A program made the translations under genes and the position numbers. The notes beneath the pieces were generated by a model, which saw only the letters and a list, made by a program, of their open reading frames with translations, was not told the DNA's origin and did not search any database. This document shows positions 18,457 to 27,253 of a stretch of 40,000 nucleotides of DNA, piece by piece. The first letter of the stretch is position 1. The number at the start of each line of letters is the position of its first letter. This DNA comes from Escherichia coli (GTDB lineage Bacteria > Pseudomonadota > Gammaproteobacteria > Enterobacterales > Enterobacteriaceae): NCBI RefSeq assembly GCF_003180995.1, contig NZ_CP029579.1; one strand, written 5' to 3'.

Positions 18457-18957
18457 TCAACTTTCTCTTATGCAAGATTGGAGTTTAAAATAATGTTTAT
18501 CCCATTCACAGAGTGCTATAAACAACTCAACAGTACCTTTTATGTTAAGTTTATTTAGGGCTCTTATTTTGTGATATGATACTGTTTTATAATCAATTCC
18601 TTTGATAATGGCTATTTGTTTTAACGAATAAGAAACACATAACCGCAGGATATCTATCTCATCATGGGTAAGTGGTTCTTGAGTGGAATACACATTTTGT
18701 GTATGAAGATTCGAAACCAGGAAATGCGTTAAATCAGATAATGTAATATTCTTATTGATCCTGATGAAATTGTTGCTCAAAAGGGTGTTTACAGGTTCTG
18801 TATTTGGTTTGAGATTTCGATGTTGGTGCTCATCAATAACAACGAACGAATGTCCAAGATCAACCAACGCAACCAAATCGCTGTAATATTCCTTTTGGGA
18901 TGCTAATAATGCATTAGTGCCTACAGTGAAGTAGACATCACTGGAAAAGACTTGCAT
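18457..18957 (-). CDS. etrA: LuxR/FixJ-type HTH transcriptional regulator EtrA
   Basis: 166 aa. The C-terminal LuxR HTH is LTHDEIDILRLCVSYSLKQIAIIKGIDYKTVSYHKIRALNKLNI. It is transcribed divergently from eprH, which is the position of the ETT2 regulator etrA. Confidence 0.8.
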   Translation of the reverse strand: MQVFSSDVYFTVGTNALLASQKEYYSDLVALVDLGHSFVVIDEHQHRNLKPNTEPVNTLLSNNFIRINKNITLSDLTHFLVSNLHTQNVYSTQEPLTHDEIDILRLCVSYSLKQIAIIKGIDYKTVSYHKIRALNKLNIKGTVELFIALCEWDKHYFKLQSCIRES

Positions 18958-19215
18958 ATGCCAACCTGCACTCTAAAATCATTTAGGGTAAATATTACGT
19001 GTAAAATTTAAAATAATGGTAATTGTTATATTTGCATATCAATGAGGGAATAGGGTGTATACCTTAAATTGCAAATAAAGTTATGTATGTAGGCATTTAA
19101 AATGGTTCTCGAAAATTATAATCTTTTTATTGTGTGTCATCATAATTTGGTCATGAAATTTCCGTCTTGTTACACTACTCTAAACTAGAGCTTATGGAAT
19201 TAGCGGGTGGTATTC

Positions 19216-20397
19216 ATGGAAAATAATGATAAATTCTTATCACAAGACTTATTGGAATCTTATGCCATTCGTTTATTGAGCGGACCATTGAATGGATGCG
19301 AGTATGAAATACTTAATGGGCGTGTACTCGTTATCGTTGGTAATGATGTTTCGTTAGGAAGAAGTGATTCTTTTTCTGAGTTACCAGAGAATACGATAGT
19401 CATTCCTTATGGAGAGCTTACAGGCAGTTTTGAGGTAATAATCACTACCGACCCTGATCTGGTTGTAACAATCAGAGAATTAACAGCACAAGAACCTGAA
19501 GATAGAACGTTAACATTGAATCAGCAAATAGAAGTTTTAGGCCTCAAATTTGCTGTAAAAGTAAAAAATGAAGTTTGGCAGTATTCAATACCAGGTATTG
19601 TTGAAAATAACATTACTTCAACAAGACAACATTTCTTTAGTAGTACGCTGTTTAAATATGTAACGCTATTTTTTCTTTTTGCTATCATTTTTATAGCTTT
19701 TTATATTGTTAATGCCAGTAATGATCCGCAGCTGAGACATATCGATAAAATTCTTGTAAACAAAAATAGAAATTATGAAATTTTATATGGTAGGGATCAT
19801 GTCATCTATATCAATACCAATAGTTTGGATGAAGCTGTCTGGGTCAAACAAGCACTGGAAAAAAATCAACCAGGAAAGCCAGTACGGGTGATAAATCCTG
19901 ATGATGAATCGATACGGATTTTTTCATGGCTTGCTGATAATTTCCCAGATCTACAATATTTTAAACTACAGCTATTAGATGCCAGTAATCCAAGACTGAC
20001 AGTGAGTAAGCAACGGAATGCTATCACACAGCAACTAATCGATAATCTTATTAAAGGATTACTGCAAACTATGCCATATGCCAGCAATATAAGTATTGCG
20101 GTATTAGATGATAATGTATTGGAAAGTCAGGCAATTGAAACATTGTCGGCAATAGGTATTTCTTATGAAAAATATAAAACAGCTAACAATGTATATTTTA
20201 ATATCATTGGTACGTTAAGCGACAGTGAATTAAATAAAATTAATAACTATGTCGACGGATATTATAAGCAATGGGGTAAACAATATGTAAGATTTAATGT
20301 GAATTTGAAAAATCAGGATACAAATAATAGTTCATTTAGCTACGGAGATAACCGATTCGAGAAGTCTCAAGGTAGCAAGTGGACATTTCAGGAATAA
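19216..20397 (+). CDS. eprH: T3SS inner-membrane ring protein SctD (PrgH homologue)
   Basis: SD GGTGG lies before ATG 19216. The 393-aa protein has an N-terminal FHA-like region YAIRLLSGPLNGCEYEILNGRVLVIVG (compare PrgH YIVRLLNSSLNGCEFPLLTGRTLFVVG), a single central TM, and a periplasmic C-domain ending YYKQWGKQYVRFNV. Confidence 0.92.
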   Translation: MENNDKFLSQDLLESYAIRLLSGPLNGCEYEILNGRVLVIVGNDVSLGRSDSFSELPENTIVIPYGELTGSFEVIITTDPDLVVTIRELTAQEPEDRTLTLNQQIEVLGLKFAVKVKNEVWQYSIPGIVENNITSTRQHFFSSTLFKYVTLFFLFAIIFIAFYIVNASNDPQLRHIDKILVNKNRNYEILYGRDHVIYINTNSLDEAVWVKQALEKNQPGKPVRVINPDDESIRIFSWLADNFPDLQYFKLQLLDASNPRLTVSKQRNAITQQLIDNLIKGLLQTMPYASNISIAVLDDNVLESQAIETLSAIGISYEKYKTANNVYFNIIGTLSDSELNKINNYVDGYYKQWGKQYVRFNVNLKNQDTNNSSFSYGDNRFEKSQGSKWTFQE

Positions 20398-20410
20398 TTG
20401 AGGAGGACTT

Positions 20411-20650
20411 ATGGCAGATTGGAATGGTTATATTATGGATATCAGCAAACAATTTGATCAGGGCGTTGATGATCTGAACCAACAAGTTGAAAAGGCGTTG
20501 GAGGATTTAGCAACCAATCCTTCCGACCCGAAATTCCTTGCCGAATATCAGAGTGCATTAGCTGAGTATACATTATATCGAAATGCGCAATCTAACGTTG
20601 TAAAAGCGTATAAAGATCTTGATTCGGCAATCATACAAAACTTCCGCTAA
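20411..20650 (+). CDS. eprI: T3SS needle filament protein SctF (PrgI homologue)
   Basis: 79 aa. NPSDPKFLAEYQSALAEYTLYRNAQSNVVKAYKDLDSAIIQNFR is nearly colinear with PrgI/MxiH, including the C-terminal IIQNFR. Confidence 0.95.
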   Translation: MADWNGYIMDISKQFDQGVDDLNQQVEKALEDLATNPSDPKFLAEYQSALAEYTLYRNAQSNVVKAYKDLDSAIIQNFR

Positions 20651-20669
20651 ACTGGATAAGGATTTTATT

Positions 20670-21002
20670 ATGTCAGTAAGCAATATGCCACCTATTGATA
20701 GAGCTGAGCAAGCAGCTGCTCGTGAAATACAGCAAGCGAAAGTTATTGATTTAAATGACCGGGTTCTCAATCTTGATAACCCGGATGATAAAATGATTTC
20801 CGCTTTTGCCAACTATGCGGTACAAACTGAAAATTGGCAGCAAAATGCGTTACAAGCATTAAGGTCTGATAAAAAGGGGTTAACTCCTGAAAAATTATTA
20901 GTCTTGCAGGATCATGTGCTTAATTATAATGTCGAGGTTTCATTGGTGGGAACATTAGCAAGAAAAATTGTCGCTGCAGTTGAGACGTTGACTCGCTCAT
21001 GA
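20670..21002 (+). CDS. eprJ: T3SS inner rod protein SctI (PrgJ homologue)
   Basis: SD TAAGGA lies before ATG 20670. The 110-aa protein sits directly after the needle gene, and its 3' end overlaps eprK by ATGA. Confidence 0.85.
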   Translation: MSVSNMPPIDRAEQAAAREIQQAKVIDLNDRVLNLDNPDDKMISAFANYAVQTENWQQNALQALRSDKKGLTPEKLLVLQDHVLNYNVEVSLVGTLARKIVAAVETLTRS

Positions 21003-21733
21003 AATATATATCATTATTCTTGTTTATCCTGCTGTTGTGCGGTTGCAAGCAGCAGGAATTACTGAACCATCTTGATCAACAGCAAGCTAATGATGTCCTT
21101 GCTGTTTTACAAAGACATAATATTAATGCTGAGAAGAAGGATCAAGGCAAAACTGGATTTTCAATCTATGTAGAACCAACGGATTTTGCTTCTGCGGTGG
21201 ATTGGCTAAAAATCTACAATCTCCCGGGTAAGCCTGATATTCAAATATCGCAGATGTTCCCTGCAGATGCGCTCGTTTCCTCTCCACGAGCGGAAAAAGC
21301 AAGATTGTATTCTGCTATTGAACAGCGTTTAGAGCAATCTCTCAAAATTATGGATGGCATTGTTTCTTCAAGAGTACATGTTAGTTACGATGTTGATACA
21401 GGTGATAGTGGCAAAACTGCTTTACCAATTCATATTTCTGTACTTGCTGTATATGAAAAAGATATCAATCCAGAAATAAAAATAAATGACATTAAGAGAT
21501 TTATTGTTAATAGCTTTGCAAGCGTACAATATGAGAATATTTCAGTCGTATTGTCAAAACGAAGAGATATTATTGAACAAGCACCAACATATGAAATTAA
21601 CGAACCTGTTTTTGCTTATGATAAGACTATGCCGGTTTCTATCTTACTTGCATTAATGTCCATTGCGACTTGCTGGCTGTTATGGAAGTACAGGGCTATT
21701 CTAACTAATTTAATCAGGTTAAAAAATAAGTAG
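20999..21733 (+). CDS. eprK: T3SS inner-membrane ring lipoprotein SctJ (PrgK homologue)
   Basis: 244 aa with a lipoprotein signal (FILLLCGC). QISQMFPADALVSSPRAEKARLYSAIEQRLEQSLKIMDGIVSSRVHVSYD is near-identical in pattern to PrgK. A C-terminal TM is present. Confidence 0.95.
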   Translation: MKYISLFLFILLLCGCKQQELLNHLDQQQANDVLAVLQRHNINAEKKDQGKTGFSIYVEPTDFASAVDWLKIYNLPGKPDIQISQMFPADALVSSPRAEKARLYSAIEQRLEQSLKIMDGIVSSRVHVSYDVDTGDSGKTALPIHISVLAVYEKDINPEIKINDIKRFIVNSFASVQYENISVVLSKRRDIIEQAPTYEINEPVFAYDKTMPVSILLALMSIATCWLLWKYRAILTNLIRLKNK

Positions 21734-21748
21734 ACATATGAGAACGTT

Positions 21749-22330
21749 ATGAATCTTGCCCTAAGAAAGATTATATATGATCCAATTAGTTATATTCATC
21801 CTCAACGAGTAAGTTTGAATAATGCACGTATTAGCAATCCGGTACTTAGATCTATTACCAATGAAATGATACTCCTACAGTACAATCTTTCAGTTGAGCA
21901 TTTCAGTCTGAATAGTTCACTTATTTACTACATAAACAATTGGAAATTATTTCCATTGATCTGTTTACTCAGTGGTTGTCACTTTTATCGAGAAAGGTTT
22001 GCAGAACGCGGATTTTTTTACAAGGTTCCTGATGTGCTAAGGAATTATTTATCAGCTATACCGGTGGAAATAAATGAAAAGGCACGATATAAACCTGGTA
22101 TCGTTAACTATCAGAATATCATCACATGTGGTTTTTCAACGTTGTTGCCCTATGTAAGGCAACAACCGTTGGCAATGCAGCAACGATTTAATTTATTATT
22201 TCCTGATTTTGTTGACCACATACAATTGCCGTTACCACTTGCGTCTACTCTTTTGGAGAGAATTACATTTTATGCGAAAAAAAATAGAGATGAGCTTGAT
22301 AAACTCTCCTGCAAATGGTGTTGTGATTAA
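21749..22330 (+). CDS. T3SS sorting-platform protein SctK (OrgA family); intact counterpart of the K-12 ygeO remnant
   Basis: 193 aa, in the orgA position immediately after the prgK homologue, with a size similar to OrgA. The assignment rests mainly on synteny and size. Confidence 0.7.
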   Translation: MNLALRKIIYDPISYIHPQRVSLNNARISNPVLRSITNEMILLQYNLSVEHFSLNSSLIYYINNWKLFPLICLLSGCHFYRERFAERGFFYKVPDVLRNYLSAIPVEINEKARYKPGIVNYQNIITCGFSTLLPYVRQQPLAMQQRFNLLFPDFVDHIQLPLPLASTLLERITFYAKKNRDELDKLSCKWCCD

Positions 22331-22979
22331 AAGAATAATTTCTGATGGATTGAAAGAAATAGTTTCTCTAAAAGAACAGATCCTTCTTGAAACCACCGCA
22401 AAAATTCAGAGTATTGAGGAAAAGAGAGAAGAAAAAGTTATTCAAGGTTATTATGATGGCTATGCGAAAGGCATTATTGATGTGATGGATAATTTTATAC
22501 CCTTGATAAGTTTGCTGAGCTCAGAATTAGAAAAAAACAGAATAAATATGATAAACGATCTGAAGAGCATATTGTTAAAATCTTCAGAGGAAGTTGAAGT
22601 TTTTATCAAAATTTTTGAAAGTTGGGTAACAAAATTACCGTCAATATCAGGCCCTTTAAATCTCTATATACCTACCAGTTTCAAAGATAAGTCTATTGAA
22701 GTAGAGTCATATTTTGTCGACAAGTCAATATGGAATGTCCATATTTCATATCATGATGACAAACGTTTTGTTTTTTTTACAGATCAATTTATTGCTGAGT
22801 TTAGTCCGCAGGAATTTGTGGATAATTGTGAGCAATATTTAATTAGCAATCACTGTTTTTCCCCTGACAAGGTTAATGAAATCTGTGAACATGCCAGACA
22901 TTATTTAGTTGAAAGAATGTGTGAAATAGATTCTTTGGCTATGAATAATTCTGATTTGACGACCCCAGAGGACTTATAG
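22272..22979 (+). CDS. T3SS stator protein SctL (OrgB family); intact counterpart of the K-12 ygeM/ygeN remnant
   Basis: The motif DQFIAEFSPQEFVDNCEQ matches the OrgB region DQIAEFSPEQFVE as I recall it. The protein is about 230 aa. The start is ATG 22272 or 22290, overlapping the orgA-like 3' end. The longer 22209 start is unlikely. Confidence 0.75.
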   Translation: MRKKIEMSLINSPANGVVIKRIISDGLKEIVSLKEQILLETTAKIQSIEEKREEKVIQGYYDGYAKGIIDVMDNFIPLISLLSSELEKNRINMINDLKSILLKSSEEVEVFIKIFESWVTKLPSISGPLNLYIPTSFKDKSIEVESYFVDKSIWNVHISYHDDKRFVFFTDQFIAEFSPQEFVDNCEQYLISNHCFSPDKVNEICEHARHYLVERMCEIDSLAMNNSDLTTPEDL

Positions 22980-23201
22980 ATCACTGTCTCCGGCTTAATG
23001 ACTTGAATATAATCTAATTCTAATATTTTAAACGCCTAATGATTTTTCAACACGGGTGTTATTCTGCTTACGCAAAAATTTTATTATTAATTATATTTCA
23101 TTATTATTTCATCAATGTATTTTTTGGATTTTGCTTATAATAATAATGGAAGGGATGATTATAAATGAATGCGTTATAGCATTTACACTCAGGATGAATA
23201 T

Positions 23202-23834
23202 ATGGGAAAGATTAAAATTGTAGTTTCAGATCAGCAGCCGTTTATGATTGATGGGATAATTGGATTTCTCGGACATTATCCCGATTTATATGAGGTTGTT
23301 GGGGGCTATAAAGATCTGAAGAAAGCTATAGCGGAGTGTAACAAATCTGCAGCCCAAATATTTATTTTAGGAGAATTTGCAGGTGGAATGATGGGGTCCG
23401 AACTCATTAAATGGGTTAAATCGCATAAAATAGATGCTCATATTATTACATTTGTAGCAAAAATGCCGTATATTGATTCAATAAAATTGCTTGAAGCCGG
23501 TGCAAAAGGATGCGTATGGAAAACCAGTCACCCGGCGAAACTAAATCGGGCTATTGATTCGATTAGTAATGGTTACACTTATTTTGATAGTGTACACATG
23601 GATTGTGAAAAAATATCTTCAAGATATTCCTCTGATAATCAACTTACAAATCGTGAGTCTGAAATACTACAACTCATAGCTGATGGAAAAACAAACAAAG
23701 AAATCGCTAATTTCTTGCAGTTAAGCAGGAAAACAGTCGAAACACATAGACTCAATATCATGAAGAAATTAGATGTTCACAGTGGTATCGAGTTGATCAA
23801 AACAGCTTTACGTATGGGCGTTTGCACTATATAA
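23202..23834 (+). CDS. ygeK: NarL/FixJ-family response-regulator-like protein with an atypical receiver
   Basis: SD AGGA lies 8 nt before ATG 23202. The N-terminal receiver fold is [10 protein letters not shown]...[10 protein letters not shown]...ITFVAK...CVWKT. The C-terminal LuxR HTH is [43 protein letters not shown]. The gene is intact here and a pseudogene in K-12. Confidence 0.85.
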   Translation: MGKIKIVVSDQQPFMIDGIIGFLGHYPDLYEVVGGYKDLKKAIAECNKSAAQIFILGEFAGGMMGSELIKWVKSHKIDAHIITFVAKMPYIDSIKLLEAGAKGCVWKTSHPAKLNRAIDSISNGYTYFDSVHMDCEKISSRYSSDNQLTNRESEILQLIADGKTNKEIANFLQLSRKTVETHRLNIMKKLDVHSGIELIKTALRMGVCTI

Positions 23835-23870
23835 AAAAAAAGAGGCTTTAGGCTCATTTTGCTAAAGCCT
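23832..23870 (-). terminator. Intrinsic terminator for pbl, overlapping its stop codon
   Basis: A 9-bp stem AGGCTTTAG (23843-23851) / CTAAAGCCT (23862-23870). On the - strand it is followed by a run of 9 T (complement of the A run at about 23833-23841). Confidence 0.55.
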
Positions 23871-24357
23871 TACGCTTGTCTATTTCATTAAGTCTGGTAT
23901 ATACAACATATATTTTTTTTGCATATTGCAGCCTCTTTTTTTGGTTTTCCATTGCAAAACCCGCGTTATAAGTCCCCAGACATTGCCACGTTACTCCACA
24001 ACGTGAAAAATGATTATATAAAATCTCGGTCCCTATTTTAATGTTTAGACAGGGGTTATCTAACAAATCTTGTTCATCTTTTATTATTCCACGTTTTTTT
24101 AACATGGGAATGTGCATCTGGTTTATCTGCATTAAACCATAATCAAAACTCTTTATATTGTTTTTCTTATCCCTGTTCTTGCCGATGCTATCATTTTTTA
24201 AATTACTTTCAACAAGTGCGATAGCTTTGATCAAATTTGGTTCGATTCTGAAAATTGATCCTGCTTCATTAAAGCAAGCGCTACTGGCGAAAGACATTTT
24301 TGTAATTAATATAGAAAACATGAAGATGGCTAAGATTTTAACTTTGGGTAAGCGCAT
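23854..24357 (-). CDS. pbl: T3SS-associated specialised lytic transglycosylase (IagB/IpgF family)
   Basis: 167 aa with signal peptide MRLPKVKILAIFMFSILITKMSFA. The SLT catalytic region is LIKAIALVESNLK...DYGLMQIN...YNAG. It sits downstream of the hilA-like gene, as iagB does in SPI-1. Confidence 0.85.
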   Translation of the reverse strand: MRLPKVKILAIFMFSILITKMSFASSACFNEAGSIFRIEPNLIKAIALVESNLKNDSIGKNRDKKNNIKSFDYGLMQINQMHIPMLKKRGIIKDEQDLLDNPCLNIKIGTEILYNHFSRCGVTWQCLGTYNAGFAMENQKKRLQYAKKIYVVYTRLNEIDKRKALAK

Positions 24358-24387
24358 ATGTTTTTATGTGTAGGATTGAAGGAAAGG

Positions 24388-24418
24388 AACGAGATACTAA
24401 TATATTCAGTATCTCGTT
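24388..24418 (-). terminator. Stem-loop between ygeI and pbl (terminator or attenuator candidate)
   Basis: An 11-bp perfect stem AACGAGATACT (24388-24398) / AGTATCTCGTT (24408-24418) with a 9-nt loop. On the - strand it is followed by CCTTTCC, which is only weakly U-rich. Confidence 0.4.
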
Positions 24419-24440
24419 AATCATTTAAGTGGTCAATTAT

Positions 24441-24659
24441 CTACCATTCCAGTTCATAGTAAGGAAAGATAGGATTATCTTTCGAATACATATCATTTTG
24501 AAAAGATGCCATCCATGTTGAAACTATAAATGCTTGTATTTGATCTGTATCAGTAGCACTGGTGGTGATGTGTTTATCTAATGAAACGACTTCATCACCC
24601 GTTGCGGTTGCTATATTTAAACTTTGAGAAAAATTATTCATATTGATTGGATTAGTCAT
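24441..24659 (-). CDS. ygeI: Small hypothetical protein YgeI (72 aa)
   Basis: SD AGGGA lies 5 nt before ATG 24659. The product is MTNPINMNNFSQSLNIATATGDEVVSL...IFPYYELEW. It is recognised as the K-12 ygeI product and has no family assignment. Confidence 0.65.
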   Translation of the reverse strand: MTNPINMNNFSQSLNIATATGDEVVSLDKHITTSATDTDQIQAFIVSTWMASFQNDMYSKDNPIFPYYELEW

Positions 24660-24825
24660 AAAGTTCCCTTTTTTATTTGTCCAGGCCAATAGCCCATACA
24701 CAATACTTTTAATCTAGAGTATTTGATATATATTGCAATAAGGTAATTATCTTAGATGTTTTCATCTCTGTTGTTTACATAACCAGTTGCATACATCTAA
24801 ACAATAAAATTGCGACAATAAATAT

Positions 24826-26202
24826 TTATCGCATACAAATTCTCGTCAGTTGCTTTAGTTTCAAAATGTTATCAATTATAACTCGATGGCTTTCACTCGA
24901 AGTTTCTTTATAGTAGAGTTTCATGTTGCTTTTGAGCGGGTTAGGCACATACATATCTACACACTCTTTTATCACAACTGCTTTTCGTCTTCTGGGTTCG
25001 AGTTGTAGTGATTTGTCTATACAAATCCTTGCCTCTTCAATTCTTTCATTATGAAAGTTGACAAGTGCTCTATAGTAGTAGAGAGAGGCTATATCAGTTG
25101 TGTGTATCTTAGCCTGTTCAAATAAGATATGAGATACTTTTGCTTGTCCAGACAGACCAGTTATCAGTCCCATAATGGCTAAAATTTTTCCATCGACATT
25201 GGTTATGTCTGATACATAATGTAAAAGCTCTAATGCTTTTTGAGCAGCAAGTTCAAGTTCATACTTTCCATGAAGTGCCAAAGACATATGGCATTCCGCT
25301 AGCAGACAATAACATTCTATTTTTAGCGTCTGTATATCACTTTTATTTTGTAATCCATCAAATATAGCCATAGCCCTGTAAATGCTTTCAGGAGTAAACT
25401 CGTAAAGTTCTTTCTTACCAGCCAACAGTTCATCTGATAAATAATGATTCTTGTAACCTTGGTCCGGTTTAGCTAATCTTACAGAACGCTCTGGAATATG
25501 TACCGTTTGAAGGATATTATCTATAATAAATTGTGATGTGTTATGTAGTTCATCAACAGGAAGATGATTACTGGCGATGAGGAAAAGATTTTTAGCGTCG
25601 ATCAGTTCAATGTATAAAGTTTTCACCGCGTTATTCTGGTTTATTCTTCCTGTAACGAAATAATCTGGCTTGAATCTTCTCAAAAATGAATTTTGCGATA
25701 TGTGATCATTACAAAAATTTGTCGCAGCCATCGGATAGGTATAAAGGCCATCGATTTTTTTATTCGAAATGTTTTGCACTAATTCCTGATTAAGTATTAA
25801 TGGATCCAGAGTATTCAATGAAGTGGTGAAAGGAAATATAGCTATGGAATAGTCTGAAGTGTTATCTTCATTTATTTTAGTTTTGAAAACCTGTCCACTG
25901 AAACGATACCCTTTCCGGTAGATTGTTTCTATGCAACGAGCATAGCCAATTTTTTCAAAAATGCAGCGCAAAGAATAGATACATCTTGTCAGGGACTCGT
26001 CACTTACAATAATATTTTTCCATACTGATTCGATGATCATATCTTTCAGGACAACATGACCAGCGGATTCAAGTAATACGATCAATACTCCTAACTCTTT
26101 CGGTGGAATATAAATCTGCTCATTTCCTTGAGTAAGAATTCCATCTTCCGTGAGCGTTAATCCCTCGAGAAAATGATATGAGAATTTATTTTCTAAGTCC
26201 AT
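24826..26202 (-). CDS. ygeH: HilA-like transcriptional regulator (OmpR/ToxR-type winged helix plus TPR-like C-terminal domain)
   Basis: 458 aa. The N-terminal wHTH is [57 protein letters not shown]...[11 protein letters not shown]. The long helical-repeat C-terminus resembles HilA. It is recognised as E. coli YgeH. Confidence 0.88.
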   Translation of the reverse strand: MDLENKFSYHFLEGLTLTEDGILTQGNEQIYIPPKELGVLIVLLESAGHVVLKDMIIESVWKNIIVSDESLTRCIYSLRCIFEKIGYARCIETIYRKGYRFSGQVFKTKINEDNTSDYSIAIFPFTTSLNTLDPLILNQELVQNISNKKIDGLYTYPMAATNFCNDHISQNSFLRRFKPDYFVTGRINQNNAVKTLYIELIDAKNLFLIASNHLPVDELHNTSQFIIDNILQTVHIPERSVRLAKPDQGYKNHYLSDELLAGKKELYEFTPESIYRAMAIFDGLQNKSDIQTLKIECYCLLAECHMSLALHGKYELELAAQKALELLHYVSDITNVDGKILAIMGLITGLSGQAKVSHILFEQAKIHTTDIASLYYYRALVNFHNERIEEARICIDKSLQLEPRRRKAVVIKECVDMYVPNPLKSNMKLYYKETSSESHRVIIDNILKLKQLTRICMR

Positions 26203-26536
26203 TAGTTAACCTCTATGAAAAAATTGGTTTCTTGCATCCTGCATAAGCAATAGAAATTGTGGCTATTCATATTTATGTGTCATTAATGCTACAGGAGTTT
26301 ACATTCGACATATCTATGGTTGTGTTCACTAATTTATCTTAGGAATTCAGTGATGTAATCTGAAATAGCCTTATTCAATTTTGATAAAATAGATTGTTCT
26401 CTAACGCGTTGAAAAATAATAATTTATAGTGTGTTCTTAACTGTTTTAAGATGTTGATTTAAGAAAACATAAGAGAAGCTGGTCATAGTAGTTAACTGCA
26501 CTATAACCAGCAATTTTAACCAAAAGATTGTAATGC

Positions 26537-27028
26537 TTAGCCATTATCTTCTGAATTATCAGTTAAGAGTTCAATATATGCCTGCGCTTTGCTCTTAACA
26601 CTTTCATCCTCACAATTGTTAATAATATGATAGAAACATTGCATTGCGTTATCGATATTTTTAGCCCCAATTTGACATTGACCCATACGATAAATAACTG
26701 AATAGTCATCATACGGTGAGTAATTGTAACTTAGTTTGTAAAGGTCATATGCTTGTTGATATTTCTTTTTTGACTGGCATACTGATGCAAAACCTTTTAG
26801 ATATTCATGATTTTCGAACGCATAAATGCACAGAAATTTATAATAAATTTCTGCGTCCGTTATATTACCTTTTTCATGGTAGTCGAATGCATATGCATAT
26901 ATTCTATCAAGGATATCAGGAGTCAATCCATGTAGTAATGCCAGATTTTCTCCTTGTGATAATGCGTGTTTTAGTTGACTTGCCCATTCATCACTGTTAT
27001 TGAATATTTCAAGTGTATCTGTGCTCAT
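26537..27028 (-). CDS. ygeG: Class II (translocator-type) TPR T3SS chaperone, SicA/IpgC/LcrH family
   Basis: SD AGAGGA lies before ATG 27028 (163 aa). LHGLTPDILDRIYAYAFDYHEKGNITDAEIYYKFLCIYAFENHEYLKGFASVCQSKKKYQQAYDLY aligns position-for-position with SicA ([66 protein letters not shown]). Confidence 0.9.
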   Translation of the reverse strand: MSTDTLEIFNNSDEWASQLKHALSQGENLALLHGLTPDILDRIYAYAFDYHEKGNITDAEIYYKFLCIYAFENHEYLKGFASVCQSKKKYQQAYDLYKLSYNYSPYDDYSVIYRMGQCQIGAKNIDNAMQCFYHIINNCEDESVKSKAQAYIELLTDNSEDNG

Positions 27029-27253
27029 AATATTCCTCTGTGATGTGTTTCGTGATGCTAAATTATTATTGATTGACTCATTAATTTTTTGCATTTATCT
27101 TTTTTGAATTATGAGTTTTAAGCTTGCATTGCTTATGGGTATATTGGTTCATTATTAGTAAAAATACTGACCACTATAAACCAATAATGTCATTAGTTGT
27201 TTTGCTAATATTTACCTTATTAGTTATCTTAATTACGACATTTCATAAATGCC

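Noticed and set aside
20573-20812. 79-aa antisense ORF spanning the eprI/eprJ junction; similar antisense ORFs occur in eivA, eivG, epaS, ygeG, ygeF and yqeJ
   Set aside because: They lie opposite highly conserved T3SS genes and have no independent support.
22209-22271. N-terminal extension of the orgB-like ORF (MLTTYNCRYHLRLLFWRELHF)
   Set aside because: The extension lies entirely within the orgA-like coding region in another frame and has no similarity to OrgB. The ATGs at 22272 and 22290 fit the OrgB N-terminus better.
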